NCBI GenBank assembly: GCA_964532525.1 | Contig: CAZHIM010000014.1 | Location: 19,552 to 83,551 of the forward strand | Direction of reading: 5' to 3' | Length of the DNA: 64,000 nt | Origin: an uncultured Bifidobacteriaceae bacterium | GTDB lineage: Bacteria; Verrucomicrobiota; Verrucomicrobiia; Limisphaerales; UBA11358 | Shown here: positions 1 to 9,612 of the stretch, piece by piece | Numbering within the stretch: position 1 is the first letter of the stretch | How the letters are laid out: each line of letters opens with the position of its first letter | Position numbers and translations under genes: made by a program | The notes under the pieces: generated by a model | What the model was told of the DNA's origin: nothing | Seen by the model: only the letters and a program-made list of their open reading frames with translations | Databases searched by the model: none

Positions 1-1545
1 GGCGTGGACGCTGGCGTTGGTGCCCTGACGGGCCACGGATTCCAGAAACTGCGAACCCAGCGGCGAGAGACTGAATTCCGGCGGGTGCGCGAGATAGACG
101 TGATGCGAATCGCGCGGCAGGACGGGGGTTTGTCCCCGGGCGGCCTGCCAGAAGGGCTCCGCCAGCCGGGGGCCGTCCGTCAAAAACTCCAGCGGCTCGT
201 TGAACCCCCAGTCCAGGCTGCCCACGGTGACGTCGGAGCGGGGATTGATTTCGCGGGCGAACTTCACGAGGGCATCGCTCCACCAACCGCGTCCGCCGGT
301 TTCGCGTATGAGGTCCTGGGTGCGTTGGACGGCGGCCAGGCTGCACACGGCCACGAGCAGCGCCAGGACGGTCATCAGCACGCGTGCCGTGCGATGGAAG
401 GCAAAGGCCCGCCAGCGGCGGTGCCAGACGGCCACGCCGGCGGCGGCGATCAACAGGTGCGGAAACGGATAGACCAGCGTGGTGTGGTGCAGGCGCACCG
501 CGCCGGGGAGGGCCAGGGCGCCCAGCGTCACGAACGCCGCCGACAGCAGGACAAAGACTTTAGCGCGGCGCAGGGCGCTTTCCGGCGGGCAGAGCCAGGC
601 ATCCCCGGCCAACACCAGCGCCGCAATGACGACGGCGAGGCCAAAGGGTGTCCAGACCGCCGAAGGCGCCTGATACATTTTGTCGAAGAGGCCGCCGGCG
701 TCCATGAGCCGGTAGAAATAGGAGCCGTCGTACATGGCGCCGAGCGTGTGGAGTTTTTCCGGAAGTTCGCCCGGGAGGCCGGCGGCCTGCGGGGCAAAGA
801 CGGCGCGCAGGATCACGCGGGACAGCGCCAGCACCGGTCCGGCCCCCAGCAAAAAGCCCAGCAAGGCCGCCAGCGGAACCTTGGGCCGCTCGCGGAACGC
901 CACGCCGATGGACCGGCCGCCGACCAGAAGCGCGGCCAGGGCGGTGCCGGCGAGGATCACGCCGAAGTCAATTTTGTTGAACAGGCCCAGGCCAAACACC
1001 AAGCCCGCGGCCAGCGCCCAGGAGGCTTGTTGCCGCCGCCATGCCAGCAGCGCCAGATAAAATCCGCCCAACCGGCAGAGCAAGCTCGGCAGCCAGGATC
1101 CCCAATCCAGTGTGCCCAAAAAGAAGAACGCCGGGTCCAGCGTCAGCAGCAGGCCGGCGAGCAGGGCTTCCGCCAGACCCAGGAGCCGCCACGTCCACAG
1201 CATGCACAGCAGCAGCGCCGCGGCGCTGAAGGCCAGGTTGGCGGCGCGCAAGACCGGCAGCGTGGCGCCGAGCAGCTTGAAAATGGGGAGGAGCAGCCAG
1301 CATTTCAGCGCGCCCAGGTACGGCTGGACAAAAAGCGGAAACGGCCGGTCGAAAACGGCGACGGTGGCAGTGCCCGGCATGTGGCCGCCCGGGGCGTGGC
1401 CGATGAGAAAATCCCGCGCCAGGCCGCCGTAAATCGCCTCGTCATAAAACAGCCCCGGCGCGGTGAGATTTTGCCAGCCCAAGGCGAACAGAAACGCCGC
1501 CAGAACCAGCCAGGCGCCCAGCAGGATGGAGGAATCGCGTTTCAT
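1..1545 (-). CDS. Membrane glycosyltransferase, GT39/ArnT-PMT-like (3' end beyond window start)
   Basis: Not in the ORF track because it has no stop in the window. My translation of the minus strand from ATG (complement of 1543-1545) gives MKRDSSILLGAWLVLAAFLFALGWQNLTAPGLFYDEAIYGGLARDF..., open to position 1 (515 codons). It has many hydrophobic helices and an early YDE loop motif, as in GT39/GT83 enzymes. The 576-aa plus-strand ORF 4..1734 is its antisense shadow. Confidence 0.55.
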   Translation of the reverse strand, partial: MKRDSSILLGAWLVLAAFLFALGWQNLTAPGLFYDEAIYGGLARDFLIGHAPGGHMPGTATVAVFDRPFPLFVQPYLGALKCWLLLPIFKLLGATLPVLRAANLAFSAAALLLCMLWTWRLLGLAEALLAGLLLTLDPAFFFLGTLDWGSWLPSLLCRLGGFYLALLAWRRQQASWALAAGLVFGLGLFNKIDFGVILAGTALAALLVGGRSIGVAFRERPKVPLAALLGFLLGAGPVLALSRVILRAVFAPQAAGLPGELPEKLHTLGAMYDGSYFYRLMDAGGLFDKMYQAPSAVWTPFGLAVVIAALVLAGDAWLCPPESALRRAKVFVLLSAAFVTLGALALPGAVRLHHTTLVYPFPHLLIAAAGVAVWHRRWRAFAFHRTARVLMTVLALLVAVCSLAAVQRTQDLIRETGGRGWWSDALVKFAREINPRSDVTVGSLDWGFNEPLEFLTDGPRLAEPFWQAARGQTPVLPRDSHHVYLAHPPEFSLSPLGSQFLESVARQGTNASVHA

Positions 1546-1639
1546 GTGTGGCCGCAGGGCGAAGACATGGTTTATCAGTGCCAAACAGCGGCGGCACTGT
1601 CGAGCAAACATCCCGGGGGTCGGTGCCGTTTGCGGCCCA

Positions 1640-2170
1640 TTACGGCTTGGGGGAATTTCCCTGCTTTTGGATTTGATTCACCAGCTCGTTGTACTTGGCG
1701 ACAATATCATTGCGGTCCTTCACCTCGTTATTAAACCGGGCGGCCAGGTCGTCACGCTGGGCGACGAGGTTGGTGATGGCGCCGTTTTGGTTTTCCAAAT
1801 CGGCGTAGGCGTCCTTCAATTTTGTTTCCAAAGTGTCCACCGCCTGCTGGTATTGGGTGATTTCGTTGGTGAGGCTCAGATTGGCGACGCGCAGCCGGGC
1901 GATCTCGGCTTTTTGGGAAACGACCGATTGGGCATTCGTGGCGGCATCCGCCTTGACGGACGTGAGGCTGGCGTCCATTTGGGCGAGTTGGTGGTTGAGC
2001 ACGGCGATGGAGTTGGTGGCGTCGCGGATGGTCACGTCGCGGTCATAGACCAGGCCGTTCAAGGTGGCGATGATGTCGCGCTGCTGGGTTTGGCCGTGCC
2101 ATTGCCAGGCGCAGAGGCCGCAGAGGGCGAGCGCGAGGACGAGCAACAGGTTTTGCTGGAAGTTTTTCAT
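1640..2170 (-). CDS. Membrane-anchored coiled-coil protein (hypothetical)
   Basis: N-terminal hydrophobic anchor (LLLVLALALCGLCAW) followed by heptad-like, Q/N/A/L-rich sequence. Lies co-directionally just downstream of exbD. Confidence 0.5.
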   Translation of the reverse strand: MKNFQQNLLLVLALALCGLCAWQWHGQTQQRDIIATLNGLVYDRDVTIRDATNSIAVLNHQLAQMDASLTSVKADAATNAQSVVSQKAEIARLRVANLSLTNEITQYQQAVDTLETKLKDAYADLENQNGAITNLVAQRDDLAARFNNEVKDRNDIVAKYNELVNQIQKQGNSPKP

Positions 2171-2176
2171 GGGATA

Positions 2177-2590
2177 TCATTGGGGCGCGGCTTTCACGGC
2201 GATGGCGACTTGCTGGACGCCGGCGCGTTTCACCAGGTCCAAAACGAACACGATGGACCCGTGCGTGGCGTCCCGGGCGCCGGTGATGAAGACCGGCAGA
2301 TTGCTGTTGAGGTTGCAGCGATTGGTGAGCAGCGCATTGAGTTCCGGAAAGGAAACAGGCTGCCGGTCCACGGAGACCTGGCCATCGCGGTTGACGAAGA
2401 GGTTGACGATATCCGGCTTGGCGCTGGGATTGGCGAGCGTGGCGGTGGGCAGGCTGGCCTTGACCGTGCGGACAATCTGCATCTGCAGGCTGACCATCAT
2501 GAACGACGCCAGGAGAAAGAACATGATGTCAATCAGCGGAATGATTTCCAGCCGCGACTTCTTTTCGGGAACGGGCGTGCGGATTTTCAT
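2177..2590 (-). CDS. exbD: Biopolymer transport protein ExbD/TolR (copy 2)
   Basis: The internal ATG at 2590 gives MKIRTPVPEKKSRLEIIPLIDIMFFLLASFMMVSLQM..., the ExbD signature. The longer track ORF (to 2791) adds an Arg/Pro-rich extension that overlaps the upstream gene. ATGA overlap with upstream exbD. Confidence 0.85.
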   Translation of the reverse strand: MKIRTPVPEKKSRLEIIPLIDIMFFLLASFMMVSLQMQIVRTVKASLPTATLANPSAKPDIVNLFVNRDGQVSVDRQPVSFPELNALLTNRCNLNSNLPVFITGARDATHGSIVFVLDLVKRAGVQQVAIAVKAAPQ

Positions 2591-3006
2591 GGTCGGGGAT
2601 TGGGACTCTCCGCCAGGAAGGAGACTTTCTGGATGCCCGCGCCGCGCACGACCTGATAGACGGCCACCATGTCGCCGTGCAGGGCGTCGCGATCGCCGCT
2701 GATATAGACGGGGAGGTTGGTGTCGGCGCGAAAGCGGTTGCTCACGACCAGGCCCAGCTCCGCCAGCGAAATCGGTTGCTTTGCCAGCCACACCGCGCCG
2801 GACTTGTCCACGGCGATGTCCAGCATGTCCGGCTTGAAATCCTGCCGCGCCTGGGAGGCGTCGGGCAGGTGGACCTTGATGTTTTCGGTGCGGCTCATTT
2901 GCAGGCTGACCATCATGAACGACGCCAGGAGAAAAAACATGATGTCAATCAGGGGGATGATGACGATCCGCGAGCGCCGCCGGGGAATGGGTGACGAAAG
3001 CTTCAT
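2587..3006 (-). CDS. exbD: Biopolymer transport protein ExbD/TolR (copy 1)
   Basis: MKLSSPIPRRRSRIVIIPLIDIMFFLLASFMMVSLQM... This is a paralogue of the downstream copy. Confidence 0.85.
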   Translation of the reverse strand: MKLSSPIPRRRSRIVIIPLIDIMFFLLASFMMVSLQMSRTENIKVHLPDASQARQDFKPDMLDIAVDKSGAVWLAKQPISLAELGLVVSNRFRADTNLPVYISGDRDALHGDMVAVYQVVRGAGIQKVSFLAESPNPRP

Positions 3007-3012
3007 GCCGGT

Positions 3013-3690
3013 TCAATGGCTGGTGGGCTGGCTGGGGGCCGTGGGCTTGTGAAGATGAACGGCGTCGCCGCCCTTCCCGCTGCCCACCAGCACTTCCACA
3101 TTCGTCGCCGCCGTTTCCAGATCGAACTGCAACTGGGCGACTTTGGCGGAAAAATAATTAAACGGGATCAGTGAAAAAATTGCGATGCCCAGTCCGCAGG
3201 CCGTTGCAATCAACGCCTCGCCGATGCCGCCGGTGACGCCGGAGACGGACAACTCCGCACTGCCAATGTTTAGAAACGCGCGCATCAAACCGGTCACCGT
3301 GCCGAGCAGGCCGAGCAGCGGCGCCAGCGTGACCAGCGTGTCCATCACCATCAGAAAACGTCCGGCACGCTTGAGTTCCGCCCCCGCCGCCAATTGCAAC
3401 GCGCCCAGCAAGGAACCGTGCGAATGGCCCACGTGGTCCAAGCCGATGCGGATAACCCGGATCACCGGGTCGTTCGAGTTTTCCGAAAGGCTGCTCGCGG
3501 TGGGGACATCGGCATTTTCGAGCGCGGCGAGGATCTGTTCCAGCTTGCGGGCGTCGCGGCGCCGGGCCTCGCGCGCCCACCAGAAGGCGCGTTCGCCCAC
3601 GACGGCCACGGCCACGATGGCGCTGGCCAGGATGGGCCACATCACGGGGCCGCCTTGGGAGAAGAATTGGAAGACAATGTTTGCGAGCAT
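3013..3690 (-). CDS. exbB: MotA/TolQ/ExbB proton channel protein
   Basis: Starts at ATG 3690 (MLANIVFQFFSQGGPVMWPILA...). The C-terminal LLGLLGTVTGLMRAF...GGIGEALIATACGLGIAI region is typical of ExbB/TolQ. Confidence 0.85.
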   Translation of the reverse strand: MLANIVFQFFSQGGPVMWPILASAIVAVAVVGERAFWWAREARRRDARKLEQILAALENADVPTASSLSENSNDPVIRVIRIGLDHVGHSHGSLLGALQLAAGAELKRAGRFLMVMDTLVTLAPLLGLLGTVTGLMRAFLNIGSAELSVSGVTGGIGEALIATACGLGIAIFSLIPFNYFSAKVAQLQFDLETAATNVEVLVGSGKGGDAVHLHKPTAPSQPTSH

Positions 3691-3707
3691 AGGTTTGATT
3701 TGTTGGT

Positions 3708-4391
3708 TTAAAATTGGAGCTGGTAGGTGATGCTGGTTTGAAAAAGCCGGGAGCCATCGGCGCCGGGCAGCCGCCAATGACGTTTCACGAAATCCACCGT
3801 GGCGCGGTCCAGGAGCGGAAAGCCGGAAGACTCCTTCACGTCCACGGACACGATGTTGCCGGCGTCATCGCCGGCGAGCAAGAGTACCACGGTTCCCTGT
3901 TCCCCTTCCTGCCGGGCGATGGTGGGGTAGGGCGGTTCGGGCCGTTCGCCGCTGCCGCCGGTGCTGGACAGAGAACCGATTTGGGCCGGGGCGCGCATCG
4001 GTTCCAGCGGCGGTGCGGCGGCCAGGGCGGAGGGCACGACGAGCGAGCTGAGCGCCGGCACGCTGAAAGAAATATCCGGCGCCTGCGGAATGACCACGGC
4101 CACGCGGGCCGGCTGGTTGTCCGCGGGTTCCGTGCGTTCGGCCGGCTGGGCCGACGGTGCCGGCAACGCCACCGGTTCGGCCACCACCGATACCGTCTCC
4201 TCCAGTGGCGGCGCGGGTTTGATGGCGATGGCCCCGCGCCGGGCGCCAGCGAGGCCAATCACGAGAAAAAGGAGGCAAATTGAATTTGTCCACGCCAGCT
4301 TCAGGTTCGCGTCGCGGTTGGCTGAAGGCAGGCAGAGTCGCGCGAGTTCGTCTTTCAACTCGTATCGTGGCGCTGTCCGGTTGGTTTCCAT
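3708..4391 (-). CDS. tonB: Energy transducer TonB
   Basis: TM anchor, Pro/Ala-rich spacer and a C-terminal TonB domain (PPYPTIARQEGEQGTVVLLL...VDFVKRHWRLP). Confidence 0.8.
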   Translation of the reverse strand: METNRTAPRYELKDELARLCLPSANRDANLKLAWTNSICLLFLVIGLAGARRGAIAIKPAPPLEETVSVVAEPVALPAPSAQPAERTEPADNQPARVAVVIPQAPDISFSVPALSSLVVPSALAAAPPLEPMRAPAQIGSLSSTGGSGERPEPPYPTIARQEGEQGTVVLLLAGDDAGNIVSVDVKESSGFPLLDRATVDFVKRHWRLPGADGSRLFQTSITYQLQF

Positions 4392-4401
4392 GGTCAAGGA
4401 C

Positions 4402-6612
4402 TCAAAACGTGGCCGTCAGGCCCACCCGCACCTGAATGGGCTCCACGGGATGAAACACATCCTGAAACACCGGCGCGGACGTCGGCGTCGCCCGCGATTC
4501 GTAGGCGTAGTCAATGTCGTGATCGTGCCGGTCAAGCAGGTTCAGAACCTCGACGGAAACACGCCACGTTTTGTTGATCTGATAACCGGCCTCGGCATTG
4601 AGCAATACCGTTTGGGAGGATTGATAAACCCCATCCGAGGTCAGGTCGCGCGGGCCGAAGTAGCGCAGGCGCAAGCTCGCCGAAAAGCCGTGCCAGTCGT
4701 GCAACGTGATGCCGGAGGAAATCACCAACCCCACCGCCTCGGGCACATGCGTGCCGCCCGGACTGTCGGGCGCCGCATCCGCGGCATCCACCGAGGCGAA
4801 ACGGGCAATGGAATCCGCCGCGTCGAAGTCCAGCGTCAGATGCTTGGTCAGCGAGTAAAAGTTGGCCCATTCGACACCGTAGCGGTCGCTCGGCTGTTGC
4901 GAGGCCACGGTGCCCCCGGTGTCGCCATCCTGCTCCAGCTCGGAATCGCTGCGCAAATACCACAACGAAACAGTGCTTTGAAGTTTGGGCACGACCAGCG
5001 TCCGCACACCGATCTCCGCGCCCCGCGTCTGAATCAGGGCGGGAATTTTCGCGGTCGCCCCCCCGTAGGGATTGTCGGCCGAGATCGGCTCCTCGGTCTG
5101 TGTGGCGCCGCGTCCGTCGTTGCTGTGGAAACTGAAGCCGCCCTGCACATACAGTTCCGTTTTGTCCCACGGCCCGAAAATCAGGCTCAACTTGGGGCTG
5201 GGGAGGAAGGTGTCGGCGGTGCCGGAGTTGGTCGGGTTGGTCAGGCTGGTCACGTCAAAGTAATCCAGGTCGCCGCGCAGCGCCGCCACGGAGCGGAACT
5301 TGTCCGCCCATTGAATCTTGTTCTCCACATAAAAACCCGCCTGCGTGTCCGTCAGGCGATTTACATCAGTGTCGGCGGGCAGAATCGTGCCGGTGGCCGA
5401 ATCCAATTTGTCCACGCGCACGCGGTCCTCCGTCTGGTACAGGCCATTGGCGATCCAGTCATTGCGCACCTGCAGGCCAAACGTGTTTTCCACGTCGCGC
5501 CCGCACCACTGGTTGAACAGGGTGTGGTGCGCGTCGAGGCCCGCCACCTCGCGCTGGTCCAGCTGCTCAAACTGGTCGCCGCGGTCCGGGTCCGTGAGGA
5601 AATAGGTGAAGTCGGAGAACAAATCGAGGTCGTAATAAAACGCGTAGGCGGTGATCTTGGTTTCGGAGCTGGCGGTCTGGCGATGCCATTCGGCTTGGAG
5701 ACTGTAACGCTGCGAATCGCCGCCGTCCGTCGGATTGATGGCGCCGAACAGATTCGTCGCGCCAAAACTGGCCGGAATCTGGTCGCTGGAATTCCACTCG
5801 CCGTGATAGCCGCGGGCGGTGACGCTGAAACCGTTCGCCTCGTTGCCCTGGCTGTAGGTCAAAATGCCGTTGAACTTCCAGTAATCGTCCGGGTGCGTCC
5901 ACGGCCCGTCGTCGTGATACGCCTCGCCGCCATATAAGATGCGGCCCGGCCCGTTCGTTTGCGAGACGCCAAACACGCCGCGCTCAAACCCGTACATCCC
6001 GCTCTCCAGCGTCACAAAATCCTGCGGCAGCGTCTGGTAAAATTCCAGATGCGCCGCGCCCGCCGAACCGTAGTTGCCCACCTCCGCGTCGTAGGGCCCC
6101 TTCTCATAATCCACCCGCTGCACAAATTCCGGGATGACCGTGTTCAGGTCGGCATAGCCTTCGCCGTGGGCGTGCGACGGCAGGTTGAGCGGCATGTCGT
6201 CCAGAAACACCGCGAAGTCCGTGCCGTGATCCAGATTGAAGCCGCGCAAAAAATACTGGTTGGCCTTCCCGCCGCCCGCGTGCTGGGTGATGATCACGCC
6301 GGGCACGGTTTCAAGAATTTCGCCGCTCCGCAAAATGGGCCGGTCGGCCAGTTGCGCCGCGCCGATGGTGCCCTGGCTGGCCGAATCCGCGCCGCCCAGC
6401 AGGCTGTCCTGCCGGCCCACCACCACCACGTCGGGCAGGCGCGTGACATTGGTCCTCCCCGCGATTTGATTCGTGACGGCGCTGCCGGCCGGGGAAACCG
6501 GCGCTGGAGTGTTGGTGTGGTCAGCGGCCATGGCGGGGTCGGCAAGCAGGAACGCGGCCCCAATGAATGGCGCCGCCCCTCGGCATAACCGTGTGAACAC
6601 GCTTCCGCCCAT
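4402..6612 (-). CDS. TonB-dependent receptor
   Basis: Signal peptide, plug region (VVVVGRQDS...GEILETVPGVIITQHAGGGKANQYFLRGFNLDHGTDF), long beta-barrel and C-terminal aromatic residue (TATF). The start is placed at the internal ATG 6612. The track ORF extends to 6726 and would overlap the upstream receptor. Confidence 0.85.
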   Translation of the reverse strand: MGGSVFTRLCRGAAPFIGAAFLLADPAMAADHTNTPAPVSPAGSAVTNQIAGRTNVTRLPDVVVVGRQDSLLGGADSASQGTIGAAQLADRPILRSGEILETVPGVIITQHAGGGKANQYFLRGFNLDHGTDFAVFLDDMPLNLPSHAHGEGYADLNTVIPEFVQRVDYEKGPYDAEVGNYGSAGAAHLEFYQTLPQDFVTLESGMYGFERGVFGVSQTNGPGRILYGGEAYHDDGPWTHPDDYWKFNGILTYSQGNEANGFSVTARGYHGEWNSSDQIPASFGATNLFGAINPTDGGDSQRYSLQAEWHRQTASSETKITAYAFYYDLDLFSDFTYFLTDPDRGDQFEQLDQREVAGLDAHHTLFNQWCGRDVENTFGLQVRNDWIANGLYQTEDRVRVDKLDSATGTILPADTDVNRLTDTQAGFYVENKIQWADKFRSVAALRGDLDYFDVTSLTNPTNSGTADTFLPSPKLSLIFGPWDKTELYVQGGFSFHSNDGRGATQTEEPISADNPYGGATAKIPALIQTRGAEIGVRTLVVPKLQSTVSLWYLRSDSELEQDGDTGGTVASQQPSDRYGVEWANFYSLTKHLTLDFDAADSIARFASVDAADAAPDSPGGTHVPEAVGLVISSGITLHDWHGFSASLRLRYFGPRDLTSDGVYQSSQTVLLNAEAGYQINKTWRVSVEVLNLLDRHDHDIDYAYESRATPTSAPVFQDVFHPVEPIQVRVGLTATF

Positions 6613-6722
6613 GCCGGAAAATATTATCCGCAGCCTGGGTGTTACGAAATATAAAATTCGTATGAACAAATAAATCCCGGCGCCGGCCCGGCTGGCGGCC
6701 GGCGTCGGGAGGTGGGTTCGTC

Positions 6723-9005
6723 TCAAAACTCATAGCTTAGCGAGCCAAAGAAGCCCAGCCGCGCGCCGTATTGGGCGGCGTTGACGCCCACGCCGGTGCC
6801 ATTGCGGAGCTCGTAGATGTTGTCGGTCAGATTCACCACGTCCAGCCGCGCCTTCAACCTGTCCTTCCCGTGGAGTTTGATCTCCTGTTCGACGCCAAGA
6901 TTGATCGAGTAATAGGCGGGCACGCGCGCGCCGTTGGGAATGGGATCCGTGGGGTCCACTGAGCCGCCGATGGTCCCGCCGCCGTCGGCCCGCAACCCGC
7001 TGCCATAAATGGCGTCCACGTAGGCGCGCGTGGTCTCTTTTTCGCCTTCCACCAAGGTGTAGGACATGCCGAACGAGCCGGTGACGCGCTGGTCGTGATC
7101 GAGGTAGATCCAGTGGCCATTGACGTAGTTCACGGTGCCCTGGTCCGGCCAGAGGAACTGCGCGGAGGCCGCGCCCTCGCCTTGGGCGGTGGACCACGCC
7201 AGGTTGGCATAGGCGGCAAAGCGGCCCCATGTGAAGCTGCCTGTGCCCTCCAGTCCATAGACTCTTCCCCGTGCGTAGTTGAACGCCGAGAGAATGAGCG
7301 ATTGGCCGAACAGGCCGTCGTCGAGCTGGTTGTGCGCCTGTTTGTAATAGCCGTCCACCCCCAGTTTCAGGTGCGGGGTGACTTGTTGGGACGCCCCCAC
7401 GTCAAAATAATCCGCGCGCTCGGCCTTGACGCCGGTGTCCTCCTGCACGGCGGATTCGTTGGAAGTGCCGTTGAATTGCGCCACCGTGCCCGCTGGCACA
7501 TTTTCCACCGGCGGTGGTGTGAAGTAACGCGAATACCCCGCGTGCAACGTCGTCCCATCCAACGGCTCGTAAATCACGTTGACGCGTGGACTCAACTGGT
7601 ATTCGTTGTCAAACGAAGCCGCGTAGTCGTCGAAGCGCGCCCCGTAATTTATCGTGATTTTGTCGAAGAATTTCCATTCGTCCTGCAGGTACGCCCCGGA
7701 GAACAGGCCCGTGAGCCGACCGTCGTTGTAGAGGGTTTCCGGCGGGGCGCCGGTGGGGTTGCCGTTGCCATCCACGGGAAAGACCGTCGTGGCATTATTG
7801 TCAAAGACCACCTCATCCACCAACATCGCGCCGCCGCGCAGGGTGTTATGGTCGGTCAACTGGTAGCTGGCATCGGCCTGCAAGCCGCCGGTGTAGAGGT
7901 CTCGTTCCACATCGCTGGCCACGCCGTTGAAATACAGGTCGCCGATCTCGTCCGGCCGGAAATGCACGCCGCTGGCCCGCCCAAACACGGAGAACTGCCC
8001 GTTGAAATCGCCGACGGATTTCTGATAGGCCACGACCCCGTAATAATTCTGTTCCCGCTGCTGCTCATTCAAGTTGGACGAGTCAAAACTGGACGGCAGG
8101 CCGCTGCCCGGAAAATTCCAGGGCGTGCTGCCGTCCGGCGAGTTCCCCACCGGCAGCCCCGGCGTGTTGGGCACCTGGAAGTTGCTATAGGACGCGCTGC
8201 CCATGAACGTCAGCCGGCTCGTTTCGTCTATGAGGTACGACGCGAGGGCAAAGGCCCTGAATTGGTCCGTCACGTCGTGAATCGCGCCGTGGCTGGCCGT
8301 GGGATTTTCAATGCCCAGGTCGTTGTGGTCGTAACTGCCGTCCACAAAGTAGTCCCACTTCCCGGACGAGCTGCCGTATTCGAAGCTCGGGTGGATCGTG
8401 TCGAAACTGCCCCCATACATGTCCGCCGCGCCGCCGTTTTCGGCCGCGCCGGTTTTGGTCTGGATGTCCACCACGCCGGCGGTGCGGAAACCATACTGCG
8501 CCGGCAGCGAGCCGGTGATCAGTTGCATGCTTTGGACAAACCGCGGGTCCAGCTCCAGGCCGAACCCGGTGATGCCTTCCGGCAGCAGCACGTCGTTGAT
8601 GCGGTATTGCAGGTTGGCGTGCTCGCCGCGCACGTGCAAATCGCCGTTCACCGCCGAATCCTGCGCCACCCCGGGCGACCGCAGCACCACCTCGTTGAAT
8701 GGCGCATTGTCGCCTTGCGACTGCATTGCGATGTCGTCCGCGGTATGCGTGTAAGCGGTCGCCCCCAGATTGGGCAGGATGCTGCTCCGCGCCTCATTCA
8801 GCTTGCCAATGACGGTGATGTTGCCCAGTTGCGTCACATTCGTTCCCGTGGCCGCGACCCCATTCGTGGAACCGACCACCCCCGCGACGTTGTTCGTCTG
8901 CGCCAGCACCTTGCCGCCGCAGGAGAACGCCGCCACGGAAATAACGGCCCAATAAACCCGGCGATTCCGCTCTTTTTCCGCTCTTTCTGCTTTTGAAATC
9001 TTCAT
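6723..9005 (-). CDS. TonB-dependent receptor
   Basis: Signal peptide, plug (NEVVLRSPGVAQDSAVNGDLHVRGEHANLQYRINDVLLPEG), barrel and terminal SYEF. Confidence 0.85.
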   Translation of the reverse strand: MKISKAERAEKERNRRVYWAVISVAAFSCGGKVLAQTNNVAGVVGSTNGVAATGTNVTQLGNITVIGKLNEARSSILPNLGATAYTHTADDIAMQSQGDNAPFNEVVLRSPGVAQDSAVNGDLHVRGEHANLQYRINDVLLPEGITGFGLELDPRFVQSMQLITGSLPAQYGFRTAGVVDIQTKTGAAENGGAADMYGGSFDTIHPSFEYGSSSGKWDYFVDGSYDHNDLGIENPTASHGAIHDVTDQFRAFALASYLIDETSRLTFMGSASYSNFQVPNTPGLPVGNSPDGSTPWNFPGSGLPSSFDSSNLNEQQREQNYYGVVAYQKSVGDFNGQFSVFGRASGVHFRPDEIGDLYFNGVASDVERDLYTGGLQADASYQLTDHNTLRGGAMLVDEVVFDNNATTVFPVDGNGNPTGAPPETLYNDGRLTGLFSGAYLQDEWKFFDKITINYGARFDDYAASFDNEYQLSPRVNVIYEPLDGTTLHAGYSRYFTPPPVENVPAGTVAQFNGTSNESAVQEDTGVKAERADYFDVGASQQVTPHLKLGVDGYYKQAHNQLDDGLFGQSLILSAFNYARGRVYGLEGTGSFTWGRFAAYANLAWSTAQGEGAASAQFLWPDQGTVNYVNGHWIYLDHDQRVTGSFGMSYTLVEGEKETTRAYVDAIYGSGLRADGGGTIGGSVDPTDPIPNGARVPAYYSINLGVEQEIKLHGKDRLKARLDVVNLTDNIYELRNGTGVGVNAAQYGARLGFFGSLSYEF

Positions 9006-9147
9006 AGCTCATATCAGTTAAAGTTCTAAAGGAATTCGCGAACTCCCTGCGAGTCCGCGCCTCCGCGTTGCACCAAGGCGCAACGTGGAGAATCAAGCAA
9101 GGAAACCAGTTCCCGGCCGGCCAGTGGGCGCGGCGGGAACCGGCGAA

Positions 9148-9474
9148 TCAGGAAACGGCGGGAAGGGCGGGCGGGCCGCGGCCGGCGGGAAGATCTTCAA
9201 TGGCCGGGCGGAACGCCACGAACACGCCGCAGGGCGTGGTGACGATGAACAGAAGCGGGGCGGGCAGGGGAACCGTGACGGAGGCGGCATGCACCTGGCC
9301 GTGGGCAAAGAGGGTGACGGCGCACTGGTGCTCGGGAGTGCCGGCGTCGGCATGAATCCATTCATGGAGCGCCGGGGAGGCGGCCATGGCGTCGAGCAGC
9401 AGCACCGTTGCGACCAGAAACAATGCAATGACTGTCTGGCAGCGGGCGGCGGCCTGGCGCGGGTTGAGCCTCAC
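9148..9474 (-). CDS. Small membrane protein with His/Cys motif (hypothetical)
   Basis: One TM helix followed by SPALHEWIHADAGTPEHQCAVTLFAHGQV. It is the first gene of the receptor/TonB cluster. An alternative overlapping frame exists, so coding status is uncertain. Confidence 0.4.
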   Translation of the reverse strand: MRLNPRQAAARCQTVIALFLVATVLLLDAMAASPALHEWIHADAGTPEHQCAVTLFAHGQVHAASVTVPLPAPLLFIVTTPCGVFVAFRPAIEDLPAGRGPPALPAVS

Positions 9475-9612
9475 AACATAGGGAAATTAGCAGAGGAATC
9501 GCCGGGCGCAAGTGGTTGCCGGATTTTTTTTATGGCCGCCCGGTGACGGCCCGGGGGCCGGCCCGACTTTGAGCTTTGAACTTGGGCCGGGGGCCTTTAT
9601 TTTTTGGGGACG

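Noticed and set aside
4-1734. 576-aa plus-strand ORF at the left edge
   Set aside because: The sequence is Arg/Gly/Ala/Gln/Pro-rich and low in complexity, with no family signature. It lies antisense to a clearly membrane-protein-like frame, so it is a typical high-GC shadow ORF.
2177-2791. N-terminal extensions of several track ORFs: 2177..2791, 3013..3777, 17841..19472, 20307..21065, 28037..29083, 28948..30318, 35118..38531, 50097..51704 and 54682..55947
   Set aside because: The extensions are Arg/Pro-rich, overlap the upstream gene or repeats, and precede an internal Met from which the conserved family N-terminus begins. The shorter starts were used.
9006-9147. Cobalamin riboswitch in the leader of the first TonB-dependent receptor
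   Set aside because: A gcccactgg segment faintly resembles the conserved GCCACTG stretch. I could not find the B12 box or the GGTG..AA.TCC element, and the upstream part overlaps the small ORF.
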